Assembly: GCA_951406725.2 (NCBI GenBank)
Contig: CATOCA020000001.1
Location: 7,440,001 to 7,504,000 of the forward strand
Reading direction: 5' to 3'
DNA length: 64,000 nucleotides
From: Octopus vulgaris
Taxonomy: Eukaryota
Numbering within the stretch: position 1 is the stretch's first letter; each line of letters opens with the position of its first letter. The position numbers and the translations under genes are program-made. Below the pieces are notes generated by a model. That model worked only from the letters and a program-made list of their open reading frames with translations. It made no database searches and had not been told where the DNA came from. Of this stretch, positions 49,829 to 62,579 are shown one piece after another.

Positions 49829-49833
<5 letters not shown>
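49414..49833 (+). mobile_element. 404-nt hammerhead-containing element with 16-nt terminal direct repeat (retrozyme/Penelope pLTR-like)
   Basis: catttatctttgttta at 49414-49429 and 49818-49833, (TA)n on both sides, splits a SINE into two halves. Confidence 0.75.
49591..49663 (+). ncRNA. Type I hammerhead ribozyme, intact core
   Basis: tctta-CTGAAGA-gcca...tggc-GAAAC-tgcg-GTA-taaga. Stem I 5 bp, stem II closed by G-C, minimal near-palindromic stem III. Predicted cleavage after 49658. Confidence 0.85.
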
Positions 49834-49881
<48 letters not shown>

Positions 49882-50372
49882 TATTTATATATATATATAT
49901 ATATATATGTATACATACATATATACAACGGGCTTCTTTCAGTTTCCGTCTACCAAATCCACTCACAAGGCTTTGGTCGGCCCGAGGCTATAGTAGAAGA
50001 CACTTGCCCAAGATGCCACGAAGAGGGACTGAACCCGGAACCATTGGTAAACAGGATACTTACCACACAGCCACTCCTGCGCCTATCAATATCTTTTGCT
50101 TAACCATTGACTGATGGGCTCGTAACCTGCACCGGATGCCAAGCGGTAGCTTGAGCGGGGTACCACACAGGCACACAGATATATACATGCTTAAATACAA
50201 CGGAATTCTTTCAGTTTCTGTCTACTAATTCCGTTTAAAAGGTTTTGGTCACCCCGAGTGTAGAGTAGAGGACACTCACCAATGTGTCATGCAATGGGAC
50301 TAAATTCGCAAGCATGTCGCTGCGAAGCAAGTTTTCCATATATAGAAATAGACAGGTATACACACACACACA

Positions 50373-50431
<59 letters not shown>

Positions 50432-50505
50432 TGGTAAAAACGGTAAGATAAGAAAAGAAAGAGATCTCAATATTATGTAAATAGAGGAAATTTATCTATA
50501 AAATA

Positions 50506-50691
50506 ATGTTACATTTACTCAATAGTCAAGATAAAACTCTGAGTTTCAGATGCCGAAGTGGAAATCCACAACACCATCTCTTTTCATAGCGTTTTTCAGA
50601 TGGCCAGATAACCGAAGAGATGGTGTTGTGGATTTCCACTTCGGCATCTGAAACTAAGAGTTTTATCTTGACTATTGAGTAAATGTAACAT
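50506..50691. repeat. Near-perfect hairpin, 77-bp arms, 32-nt loop
   Basis: 50506-50582 is the reverse complement of 50615-50691 with one mismatch. Confidence 0.95.
50607..50667 (+). ncRNA. Degenerate hammerhead-like motif within a long hairpin
   Basis: gataa-CCGAAGA-gatg...catct-GAAACTaaGAGTT-ttatc. U4C core variant. Confidence 0.45.
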
Positions 50692-50702
50692 ATTTTTATA
50701 TA

Positions 50703-50741
<39 letters not shown>

Positions 50742-50771
50742 CATACATATATACATATATATGTATATATG

Positions 50772-50841
<70 letters not shown>

Positions 50842-51703
50842 CATATATACATATATATGTATGAATGTGTGTGTGTGTCTGTGTGTCTGTGTGTCTGTGT
50901 GTTTCTGTGTATATATAATTTCCTACTACATACTTTATTTTTTATATTTCTTGTGTTACCTTTACTATGATTCAAAGCAACCGCATTATCGTTTCGCGCA
51001 ATGAAGTTTCGTGTTAATTATCGAAGTTGCAATGGTTATACTGGACCGGGTCTTACGAAGCTTTTTGGCTGTAATAAAGCCAGATCAGGGAATTTAGGAA
51101 CAGCCAAAAACGAATTAAATGTTACAGAATTTATTTTGGATTTATTAAATACTTTCTTATAACAGTCACGATTATGCGTTGAAGACAAAATAAGTTTTCA
51201 CTTATTTGATGCGCAGCACTTCAGGAGCAATTAACATACGTGTGTGTGTGTGTGTGTGTGTGTAGGTGTGTGTGTGTATCACGTTCTCTCTATCTTGGTA
51301 GTCATGGTGCAATACTAATAAATGACCACTTAAAAAAATATATCAATTTATTTGAAAGCTAGAAAAAGCAAAATGCTGTAATTAAAATGTTGGTAGAGGA
51401 GGAGAGTGAGAAAATAAATACAGAATGAAAGGAAGAAGATTAATTTAAGCCACAGCACAGGAATTTATGACATGGCAGCCATGGAAACAGCTTTATGCTG
51501 GTGACATCTAGTGGATAAATGGGTGCGTAGCAATGGGATTTGGGAAATAATCCCAGGCACTCATTTATAACTTTCATGGGTTGTTAAGGAAAGTATGAAC
51601 CCACTCTCATATAAGTATGTACGGGTGCATGTGTAGTCATGTATGTACATATATATATACGTATAAATGTATATACATACATACTTATATATATATTTAT
51701 GTA

Positions 51704-51854
<151 letters not shown>

Positions 51855-52676
51855 GTATATATATTATATATATATATATATATATACATGCAAATATGTG
51901 AGTATAGAGCTGTGTATGTATATGTATGTTAGTGTGTATATTCACTTATGTTTATATATATGTATATATATGTGTGTGTATTTATGCATGTGAGTACGCG
52001 TGTGTGTGTGTGTGTGTACTGAAAATAGGAATAGACTTGAATATATTATCAAGTCTCTTCTTGTATAAATATAACATTTTTCTTTTTAAATTGCGTTAGT
52101 TATTGGACTGCGGCCAGACTGGGGCAGCTCCGTGAAGTTTTCAGTGGAACAACTCGATGTATCTACTTGCTAATTCTATTCCTTATCCCCATCGGTTCTG
52201 TTTTTACTGAACATCTCAGTATAGGGACGTAACCAGAACCCTACCGATGGTCAAGCGGTGGTCGTCGAAATCCCATCCCCCGGGGCACAAACCCACACAT
52301 ACATACATCAGGCTACTTTCAGTTGCTGTCAATCGAATTCTCGCATAATCCATTAGCTCCGATTCGGAGTAGACTGAACTTGGACCCATGTGGTTACAAA
52401 TACCAGACCCTTCCACTTGACTGCTGTGGTGCCACTCTTGGCTGTCACCATTCTTAAGGGAATAGAACTGTTTGTGGGACCGTTTCCTCAGCTTATCCTT
52501 CCTAGGGTGACATATTATAACAAGAACACTGCATCAGTGTTGAAGATTCGCCTCTTCTCACCCATGGCTTTGTTCGATTGTTCACGCAATCCTGTTTCCA
52601 TTCGGACTATGTACAGCTTGGGACAAAAGTCTGATATTCTGAGGAAATATGTGTATTTGCATACATACATACATAC

Positions 52677-52707
<31 letters not shown>

Positions 52708-52934
52708 CATACATACACACATACATATGTATATATATATATATATATAAATTAAATTAGAGATAAAACCACTATTAGGCAAATAAAACAGTGAAAAGCA
52801 TAAACCAAAACATAAAAATAAATATAATTAATATAATATACAAAATATATAAAATATAAAATTTAAAATTTAAATTATTTAGATTTAAATTTTTTAAATT
52901 TATATTTATAAATTTTAAAAGATTTTTTTATAAA

Positions 52935-52971
<37 letters not shown>

Positions 52972-53014
52972 TCCTAAATCTAATTTTTACCTGTAAGTTG
53001 GATTTACTCCCTAG

Positions 53015-53077
<63 letters not shown>

Positions 53078-53159
53078 GAAGGTGGAAATAGCACAGAATT
53101 TGTTCAAAGACATTTCAATTTCAGAGGGGATTTAATAAAAGATTATATAAATAAAATAT

Positions 53160-53201
53160 TAATATTACCGGTTTCGATGTATTTCATCTAATCAAATATC
53201 A
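53160..53201 (-). ncRNA. Decayed hammerhead relic
   Basis: tgatat-TTGATTA-gatg(aaata)catc-GAAACCGGTA-atatta. Stems intact, core C3 and G8 mutated. Confidence 0.5.
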
Positions 53202-53294
53202 GGAGAAAGTTATATATATATAAGAATATTACGGAATATAATTCCAAACTTACTGGGAAAAATTCAATTTACGAATTCTAAATCAAATTTCAAA

Positions 53295-53343
<49 letters not shown>

Positions 53344-53533
53344 TAAAGAAAAACCTCTATTAAGCAAATCCAATAGTGAAAGACCTTATTCACATCATAT
53401 AGAAAAACGATGCAATTTGGATGATGTAGTTTATAAATGTGTAGTGACTTTGATATATAATAATAGGAATGGTTATAACATAAATGCGTTTTACATAGCG
53501 TCGACTTCTAATAATAGGAACGGTTATAATATA

Positions 53534-54110
53534 CGAGGGACGTTCAATAAGTAATGCCTCTGACCCACTTGCAATTGTTTGATCTAGCTGAAATTTTGCA
53601 TGTGCAATCATTTATATCTCTATAGAGTAAGTGGCACATTACAGCTCTGAATTAATTGTGGTTTCTGATTTACAGGTGTTTGAACTGAGTCAAGTGTGAA
53701 ATGGAGCCTGTTGAGTGTCGAGCAGTGATCCGGGTTTTGTATTTGATAGGACGCACACCACGGGAGACTTTTGATGAAATGAAAGTAACTTATAGTGATG
53801 ATGCCCCATCATATGACCTTGTAAAACGCTGGCATCATGAATTCAAACATAGTCGGAACTCTGTGGAAACAGCTCCCAGATCTGGTCGCCCCTTCTGCCA
53901 TTGATGAGGCATCTGTCCGTCAAGTTGAGGCTGCCATTTTGGAAGATCGACGCATAATTATTCGCCAAATAGCCCATGAGGTCAAGATTAGTACCGGGTC
54001 TATGGAAACTATCATTCATGACCATTTGCATATGCAAAAGGTGTCTGCCAGATGGATTCCCAGGTTGCTCATGCCTTTCCAGAAGCAAGAACGCGTCGAG
54101 TGCTCGAGGG
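53534..54110 (+). mobile_element. Mariner 5' half (irritans-like TIR), truncated
   Basis: ta-cgagggacgttcaataagt TIR, PRSGRP and VSARWIPRLL. Confidence 0.88.
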
Positions 54111-54112
54111 TG

Positions 54113-54651
54113 AATATTAGCGAATAAATCCAAACTTACTGGGAAAAATCAGATTTAGGATTAAATCCAATTTTATATTATAAATATATTATATTATGTT
54201 AAATTAGAGATAAAACCACTATTAGGCAAATCAAACAATGAAAAACATAAGCCAATACATAAAATTAATTAATTTGTATTATAATAAAAATATTTCGAAA
54301 GTATTAAAAGTATAATAAAAGATAGTGAGAATCAGAATTGATCAATGGAAATTGCAGCTGAGATACCAGTGCCGGTGGCACGTAAGAGTATCATCCGAAT
54401 GTGGCCGTTGCCAGCGCCACCCCGACTGGCCTCGTTATATTTTATTAAAGTTTTAATACTTTTGATATATTTTTAAAATAATATAAATTAATTAATTTTA
54501 CGTATTGGCTTATGTTTTTCATTGTTTGATTTGCCTAATAGTGGTTTTATCTCTAATTTAATATATATATACATATATATATTAAATTAGAGATAAATTG
54601 CATTGGGTAGGATTAGTAAAAGTTTTGGTAGAAATGACTAATGTCCCTTAA

Positions 54652-54725
<74 letters not shown>

Positions 54726-54930
54726 AGGGCTAAAGAAGATTATTCTAAAGGCAACACACTGATTTATCCACTTATATTCCGAAATTGATTCAATATAGAG
54801 ATAACGAAATTAAAATTTTCTAACGGTTAGTTGCCCGTTTTCAGTTTCAATTTTCCTGTAACAAGTGGATTATAAGTGGATAAATCAGTGTATTGGCTTT
54901 AGAATAATCTTATTTAGCCCTTAATTATAT
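54113..54930. mobile_element. Duplicate of the 45997-46657 composite (foldback element plus second TA-associated element)
   Basis: Near-identical to 45997-46455 and 46520-46657. 54720-54930 has its own inverted ends. Confidence 0.8.
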
Positions 54931-55032
54931 GATGTTTATACTTCAACCGTAACGGTTTTTTTAATATACTGCCACGCTTTCTGATGGATTACTTTTCTGT
55001 AGGGAAAGGGACTCCATCCTATATTGTTAGTA

Positions 55033-55066
<34 letters not shown>

Positions 55067-56065
55067 CAGTTTGGCGATCTCGGTTGGGACAAATGCTACT
55101 ACCGTTTAGGCCCAGGAGACAACATCTCCTGCTGGCTAAACGTCATACAATCTGTCCTTGTATTTTCGAAAATACTGTGTAATTAGATGAATATTGTGAC
55201 TAAATTCCATCAAATAGCTTTTCCACAGATTTAAGCAAACTATACCTTATAGTATATCCTGGAAATAATAATGATATATAAAATACTCTCTGAAAATAAA
55301 ACGAATTTCCATATAAAAGTATGTTTGCGTTGGAAATTGTTATAATGAAACTTTGACAATATTAAAGAGTAAGAAAATATTGTGTTAATTAAAAGCAATA
55401 GAAGAAGAATATCTACCTGAATAATTAATTTTTTTCAGTTGGAATCTGAAGAGTTTTTCTGTCAGGAATATCTTCCACGTTCAGTGAGTTCAAAGAACAG
55501 CAAACGAATAAAGAAATGTGTTGAATTTTGTCTATTTATATTGATGTTATGAGACTTGGAGACGTTAAATTTTGAGATAAGAGTTTGTGTGTGCGTGTGT
55601 CTATTTCGAGATAAGAATATTACGTGCATATGTGAGTCTACGAATGTATGTATATGTGTCTATGCATGTGCGCGTGTGTGTGTGTGTGTGTTGTAAACCC
55701 TACACATAACCCGTTCTGTTATCTAATCACTTCGACAAATGCTAAATCCTGACAACAGTTATAGCAGTAAACGTTCTGTGTGTATGTCTGTGTATTATAT
55801 CTATATGTGTGCACGCATATATTTACGTATATGTGTGTTTCTAGGCATGCCATGTTCTCACTGCAGGTAAATAAAGGAAAATACTTGGATACGCACATAC
55901 ACACACATATTTATATGTACATATGCAGATACCATATATGTAATGTATAGCATACATACACGTGTATGTATATATATATACATATATATATATACATACA
56001 CACACACACATATATATATATGTATATATGTATGTATGTATATATACTTATATATATTTATATAC

Positions 56066-56560
56066 AGGCGCAGGAGTGTCTATGTGATACGTAGCTTACT
56101 TAGGAAGCACATGGTTCCTGGTTCAGTCCCACTGCGTGACACCTTGGGCAAGTGTCTTCTACTACAACCTCTGTCTAACCAAAAATTTGTGAGTGGATTT
56201 GGTAGATGGAAACTGAAAGAAAACAGCCGTATATATATATATATATATATATACGGCAGGTTTCTTTCAGTTCCCATTCAAATCCACTCACATATATATA
56301 TATATATGTGTGTGTGTGTGTCTGTGTGTGTGTGTGTGAGTGTGCATGTGTGTGTGTATGTTTGTGTGTCTATATTTGTCCTCCCAACATCGTGTGGAAA
56401 CCGATGTTCGTGGGTCCTGGTAACATAGCGGTTCGTCAAAAGACACCCATAGAATAAGTACTAAGCTTACAAATAGTAAGTTCTGGGGTCGATTTGTTCG
56501 ACTAAAGGCGGTGCTCCAGCATGGCTGCAGTCAAATGACTGAAACAAAAAAAAGAATAAT
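56066..56560 (+). mobile_element. tRNA-derived SINE
   Basis: Family motifs. Confidence 0.85.
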
Positions 56561-56654
56561 AGAATACATACACACACACACGTACATGCATATATATGTG
56601 TGTATGCATATATATATATATTTACGTGTATGTGTGTGTATATATATATATATG

Positions 56655-56713
<59 letters not shown>

Positions 56714-56809
56714 TAATACTTTGAGGGAATATTATTCCTAACTTACAGGGGAAAATTCAATTTAGAAGTACTAAATCAAATTTCACAAAATATAATTTAA
56801 TATAATATA

Positions 56810-56871
<62 letters not shown>

Positions 56872-56872
<1 letters not shown>

Positions 56873-57276
56873 GCGCAGGAGTGGCTGTGTGGTAAGTAGC
56901 TTGCTTACCAACCACATGGTTCCGGGTTCATTCCCACTGCGTGGAACCTTGGGCAAGTGTCTTCTACTATAGCCTCGGGCCGACCAAAGCCTTGTGAGTG
57001 GATTTGGTAGACGGAAACTGGAAGAAGCCCGTCTTATATATGTATATATATGTATGTATGTATATGTTTGTGTGTCTGTTTTTGTCACTCCACCATTGCT
57101 TGACAACCGATGGTGGTGTGTTTACGTCCCGTATCTTAGCGGTTCAGCAAAAGAGACCGATAGAATAAGTACTGGGCTTACAAAGAATAAGTCCCGGGGT
57201 CGAATTGCTCGACTAAAGGCGATGTTCCAGCATGGCCGCAGTCAAATGACTGAAACAAGTAAAAGAGTAAAAGAGT
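56872..57276 (+). mobile_element. tRNA-derived SINE, full length
   Basis: Complete head, core, internal microsatellite and gtaaaaga tail repeats. Confidence 0.93.
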
Positions 57277-57279
57277 ATA

Positions 57280-57312
<33 letters not shown>

Positions 57313-58113
57313 GTTTGTATGTATGTATGCATGTAAGTCGACCACAATATACAATTTAATTTAGATTGGTTGATTCTCTCAATTTCGATCCCTTTTGATA
57401 AAGACAATGAATTCTGTCTTCTCAGTAATTCAGAACTATTGTTTATTTTTTCTAGAACTTCCCTTGTACACTCGGTTATTGACCGTGTATACCGATGTTG
57501 GTAGTGTGTTGATATATGTGCATGTGTGCCTTTCTTTATATACATATATATATACATACCTATACATATATATATGTCTATGTATGTATATAAATTTATA
57601 TGGTATTTGAGTGTATATACATATATACATATTTACCTACACACACACACATAGGTAGATAGATAGATAGATGTCGGAAGGTAGATACATAAATAAATTC
57701 ATGTGAATACATATATATATATATATGCTCCACACAAAGGGTTTCATTCAGTTTCTATCTACCAATCGGCACAGACGGCTGTAGTTGGCCACAGCTATAA
57801 TGGAAGAGAATTGCCAAATGTGGGGTTGAACCAGGAATCATTTGGTTGTGAAACAAACTTCTTACCACACCGACACATTTGGAAGCACATAATCGTTGAT
57901 CGAGCAGACATGATCACAAGCATTCCATCCACGACCATCTTGATGATTTACATGCATTTAGAATTACACTATGTAATCTGTCATACGATATATGACTAAG
58001 GTGAGATTTGGGCTAAAATTTGGCTGCTATTTCTTGTAGATCAAATGAACCCCACAAATCCAATCGTTACATGCTTCTGTGTATGTTTGTGTGTGTGCAT
58101 GTATGCCCATGTA

Positions 58114-58146
<33 letters not shown>

Positions 58147-58399
58147 GTATGTGTGTGTGTGTTCCGTGTGTGTGTCCTGTTCTGCTTGTAAGTAAAGCCT
58201 TTTGTCAGCGTTGTAAATTTAATCTCGTATTTTATCTGGAAATTAGGTCGAGTGTTTATGACATTCCTCTTGTGTTGCATGGCTGCCATGGTATATACAA
58301 GCTTGGAAGGCCATTGCCGCTCCTAACAGAAGTCATTATGTAAATAATGTCAGTAGAAAGAAGATAAGATAATTCAATATTTGAAGTGGTGTGCAAAGT

Positions 58400-58700
58400 T
58401 GTTTGAATGTCAGTGGCTTATTTGGTCAACGTGAGTTCAATTCCTGGTAAAGTATTGTGTCCTTGAGTAAGACTCTTTATTTCCCGTTGCTCCAGTTCAA
58501 TCTGCTGGTAAAAATAAGTAGTACCTGTATTTCAAAGGGCCAGCCTTGTCCCACTCTGTGTCACGCTGATTCACCCGCAGAATTACGTTAATTGTACACG
58601 TTTCTGTGGAGTGTTCGGCCCCTTGGACAATAATTTCACGAGGAGGCTGTTCCGTCGATCGGACACCTTGGAACCTTTGTTATTGTAACTAACTGAGTGT
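58400..58700 (+). mobile_element. Degenerate SINE of a further family
   Basis: B-box-like gagttcaattcc followed by gtgtccttgagtaagactctt core. Confidence 0.55.
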
Positions 58701-58705
58701 CACTG

Positions 58706-58739
<34 letters not shown>

Positions 58740-58776
58740 ATGTGTGTGTATGTGTGTGTGTATGTGTGTGGGTGTG

Positions 58777-58814
<38 letters not shown>

Positions 58815-58818
<4 letters not shown>

Positions 58819-60063
58819 TTTGTGTGGAAAGTTCTGAGTGGTTTAAATAAGCAAAAAGGCTATAAATAATTTAGCTTTTAAGTAATTGTAATTAATGAAA
58901 TATTTTCTGTTTTTATTAATGACCTCTGCTCATCTCTCTGGCAATTTAGATATTCCATTAATAAAGAATTTGACTAATTTTGAATAGAAAAAAGCTATGT
59001 AGATGCATCTTCACTCCATCTAAATCGTTAAATCTTTTGCCTTACAATGAGTTCTGTAGAGACAAAAACATGACAATGGTTGATTGAAGTAAGAGATCCC
59101 AGCCAAGTTCATGTCACTTTGTTCGGTTATCCAAAGAGACATGCGGTCGGGCATTGCCTGGTTGAAACACTACCCCTTTCCTATTGGTAATTTCCGGCCC
59201 CAAGTCCTTGGTTATTTTGATTCAAATAACACAACTGACGACAGTACACATTAGAATTAATGGTCTGGTCTTGTGGGAGAAACTCATAATAAATAATGCC
59301 TTTGTGATCCCACCAAACACAAAGCATATCTTTTTCGGTGTGGACATTCGTCTTTGGCAGCTGTTTTAGGGATCATCACGCAAATACCAGGATCTTTTAG
59401 GCACAACGTTTTCATACACAATCCAGTTTTCCTCTCCAGTCACAAGTTTCTTAAAAAAGCATTTTTCATTTCGTTTCAAAAACATATTACAAATGGAATA
59501 CCAGTCCAAGCAATTCTTTTCTCAGATCTGTGGGGGACCCATACATTATAACGAGAAATGCATCCTAGATTCCCTAGGTGTTCCTGAGCTGTACTTATAG
59601 AAACTTCCAATTCCTCTGCAAGTTCTCTAGTCGTGATATTTGAGCTCTCTTCGAAGTTTGCCTTCAAATCATCTTCATCCAATGTTGAAGGTCTTCCACT
59701 GCGGCCGTCATCTTTCAAGCTAAACTCTCCAGCTTCAAATTTTGCAAACCACCTTCGAATCGTTGATTCACCTACAACATGGTCACAATTAAATTTCGCA
59801 AATGTTTTTGAAAGTCTTTGCAGAATTTTGTCCTTTTTAAGAAAAGCATTATAATGGGAATATAAAGTTTTCGGTTATCTAATCCGAATGTCAATAAAGG
59901 GTAACCAGAATGAAATATAAATCTATTTTTAGCCAGGAACAAAGAATAGGGGCACTACCACTTCAAGCAACGCCAAAGTTTCGATTGTGTTACGTTTCAG
60001 GTGTGTTCAATGAAGCGTTAAAAGATTTAGCTTAAACACCCCCACAACTTTCCGGACAGCCTA
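58815..60063 (-). mobile_element. Full-length decayed mariner
   Basis: Degenerate TIRs (ggaaagtt motif), RSGRPSTLDED and VWVPH; about 1.25 kb. Confidence 0.85.
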
Positions 60064-60350
60064 GTATACGCACAAGGTGCAAGGAGGACTGTTTTAAAAA
60101 AGAAAAACATGACATATATTGATGAGAGATCTAGAAGCATTTAGGAAAGATCAAATGTACATTTGAGACTTATGAAAACAAAAAATAAACAGTCCTCCAT
60201 ATTCTACCAACATGCCCAAAAAACCGAACTGAAGGCACACTAGACCGACTTCACACCCGCATTTTATCGTAGAAGGTAGTGGCACCCCAATCCCACACTA
60301 TATACAGATACACAGATACACAGGTAGATTTGTTAGTTGACTGTTATATA

Positions 60351-60390
<40 letters not shown>

Positions 60391-60621
60391 TAATAGAAAT
60401 ATTAAAATTACTAAGTCTCTCTAAAGGAGATTACGGCAGCGTTACTGGAAATTAACAGCTATCGCCATACTAATATGGCAGTCTTATAAATATGAGACTA
60501 AAGCTGTCGCTGATTAGCTCCAAGAGGCCACAGCCTCAAGCTAGCTACTTGACACACAAACTGCGTCTGTTATAAACCTTCGAACAGGGGAGTTCAGCCG
60601 CTTCATCCTGCTAGTCAGACA

Positions 60622-60664
60622 GCTCCAGACATGTTTCCGGGTTTTTGCACTTTATCAATGCAGC
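60622..60664 (-). ncRNA. Decayed hammerhead relic in (TA)n-flanked element 60390-60735
   Basis: gctgca-TTGATAA-...-GAAACATGTC-tggagc. Confidence 0.4.
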
Positions 60665-60782
60665 GTAGTCGAGCCGCAGGTGTCGCTACTGACCGTCTCT
60701 GTTCGAAGATTCTATTTCCATAGTTACAGTGGAATATATATGTATATATATGTGTGTTTATATATATATATATATATATATA

Positions 60783-61505
60783 TTGTGTTGTCTGAAAAGT
60801 TCGTGCCAATTCTTAAAGGAAAGAAAAAGGTCAATAAATACTTGCCATTACATTTTTTATCAACAAAATATGAACCACAATGCGTTTCCATCTTCCCTTT
60901 AACTTGAAAATACCCTCTCCCCTGAATTGGGGTGTTTTCATGGCAAAGAATTCATCAAGGTATGTTTTTACATCATCCAAGGAATTAAAATTTTTACCAT
61001 TAAGACTATTCTGCAGAGACCAGAATAAGTGCAAATCCGAAGGGGCAATATCTGGTGAATATGGAGGGTTGGGTAACACATCCTAGCCGAGCTGCAGCAA
61101 TTTTTGTCTGCTTCCCAAGGAAACGTGTGGTCTTGCATTATCATGTTGGAAAACAACACCCTTCTTGTTGGCCAATTCTGGACATTTCTCTTGAACTCGT
61201 CCAGTTGTGGGCAGGATTTGTCAGAATTAATATTCTGGTTACTTGGGAGAATCTCATAGTACAGAATTCCTTTCCAAACCCACCAGACACAAATCAAGAC
61301 TTTTTTAGGGTAAAAACCCGCTTTTGGGGTGGCTTAAGGTGGCTCATGTCGCTTAATCCAGGATCGCTTTCTCCGAATATTTCGGCAGATAATCCATTTC
61401 TCATCACCTGTCACAATTTGCTTTAAAAAGACACGTTTTCATCCCGTTTCTAAAGCGAATCACAGATGGAAATGCGATCGAAAAGGTTCTTCTCACTCAA
61501 CTCTG
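60783..61505 (-). mobile_element. Mariner 3' half, decayed
   Basis: TIR ttgtgttgtctgaaaagttcgtgcc, ICVWWVWKGILYYE and PPYSPDIAPSDLHLF. Confidence 0.88.
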
Positions 61506-61509
61506 TGAT

Positions 61510-62566
61510 TCCCTTTATAAACGGAAGTGGTCAGTGCTGGAGTGTGCGTGGTGGTGTGATGCGATGCGATGTGGTGTCGTGTGGTATGGTGGTGTATAGT
61601 GCAGTGGTGTGTGGTGTGGTGTGATGGTGATGGGAGGTGGGAGAGGCGAGAGTGAGGAAAGCAAGGGTGGGGTGTGGGTCAGGCTGATGGTGGGGGTAGA
61701 TGTGGAGTATGTGGGTAGGATGAGGGTGGGGGTAGAGGTGGGGTATGTGGAGGTGGGTGTGAGAGATGGTGTGGGATGGTTTCCGAAGGTGGGTTTGGAT
61801 TGTGTAGGGGTGCGGTGGGCTCACGAGGGACGGGTGACGATGAAGGGGTAGGGAGAAGGTGGGTAGGAGTGAAGAGAAGAGTAGGAGTGAAGAGAAGAAG
61901 TAGGAGTCGAAGCAATAAAGGTTAGGTTGATGAGAAGTATGTGTGGGGAGGGGAGCCCAAGGAGTGAAGAGAGAAGATTAATCCCTGTTCACGGCGCAAA
62001 CGGGAGTCCGGATGGCCCCTGTTCAAGGACAATCCGAACACAGATAGGTGTTGCAAAGAGTGACCGGTAGAGCGGAAATGGCGAGAGACCGGAGTGCCGT
62101 TGCCGAGTCGAATGTCTCGGAGGTGTTCCCCGAACTGGTCAGCCAAGCGGCGTCCCGTTTGCCCGATGTATAGAGAAGGGCAGAGAGAGTAGGAGATGCA
62201 GTAAATGAAATTGGTAGAGGTGCAGGTGAAGGAGTCGAAAATTCTCGTTCCCATGGCCACTCCCGAAAGCTGCTGGTAAAACGCACCAGCGAACGCGAAA
62301 CTGAGTGAAAGAACAATTTCGGCCAGACGAACGGGTGTGGAAGTGTCGGGTTGGGGGTTAGGTCGAAGGTCAATGAAATGTTGGATTGCCCGCAGCCCCT
62401 CGAGTTGAAGGATCACTGTGTAAAGCCTCTGAATGTCGAGAGTGAAGAGAAGTTTTGAGGGGCCAGGAGGGAAGGAGAAAGAGTTGAACAAACGAAGTGC
62501 ATGGTTGGTGTCATGGATGTGAGAGGGAGGGGAAGCCACTAGGAGGGCAAGAACGCGGTCAGGATA
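61510..62566 (-). mobile_element. Internally deleted Penelope-like (Neptune-like) element: RT fragment fused to GIY-YIG endonuclease, plus C-rich 3' UTR
   Basis: ORF 61922-62539: GVAMGTR|IFDSFTCTSTNFIYCISYSLCPSLYIGQTGRRLADQFGEH. Confidence 0.9.
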
Positions 62567-62579
62567 AATATATATATAT

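Larger units (their letters stand above)
49170..50083 (-). mobile_element. tRNA-derived SINE split by the hammerhead element
   Basis: 3' half at 49170-49375 and 5' half at 49925-50083, colinear. Confidence 0.85.

Noticed and set aside
52390-52755. 121-aa plus-strand ORF or pogo-like relic on minus
   Set aside because: Starts in a SINE remnant and ends in microsatellite; motifs too weak.
57365-57435. Additional hammerhead-like remnants (also GAAACTAGTC at about 41040-41049)
   Set aside because: Core and stem I too degenerate, or only half the motif present.
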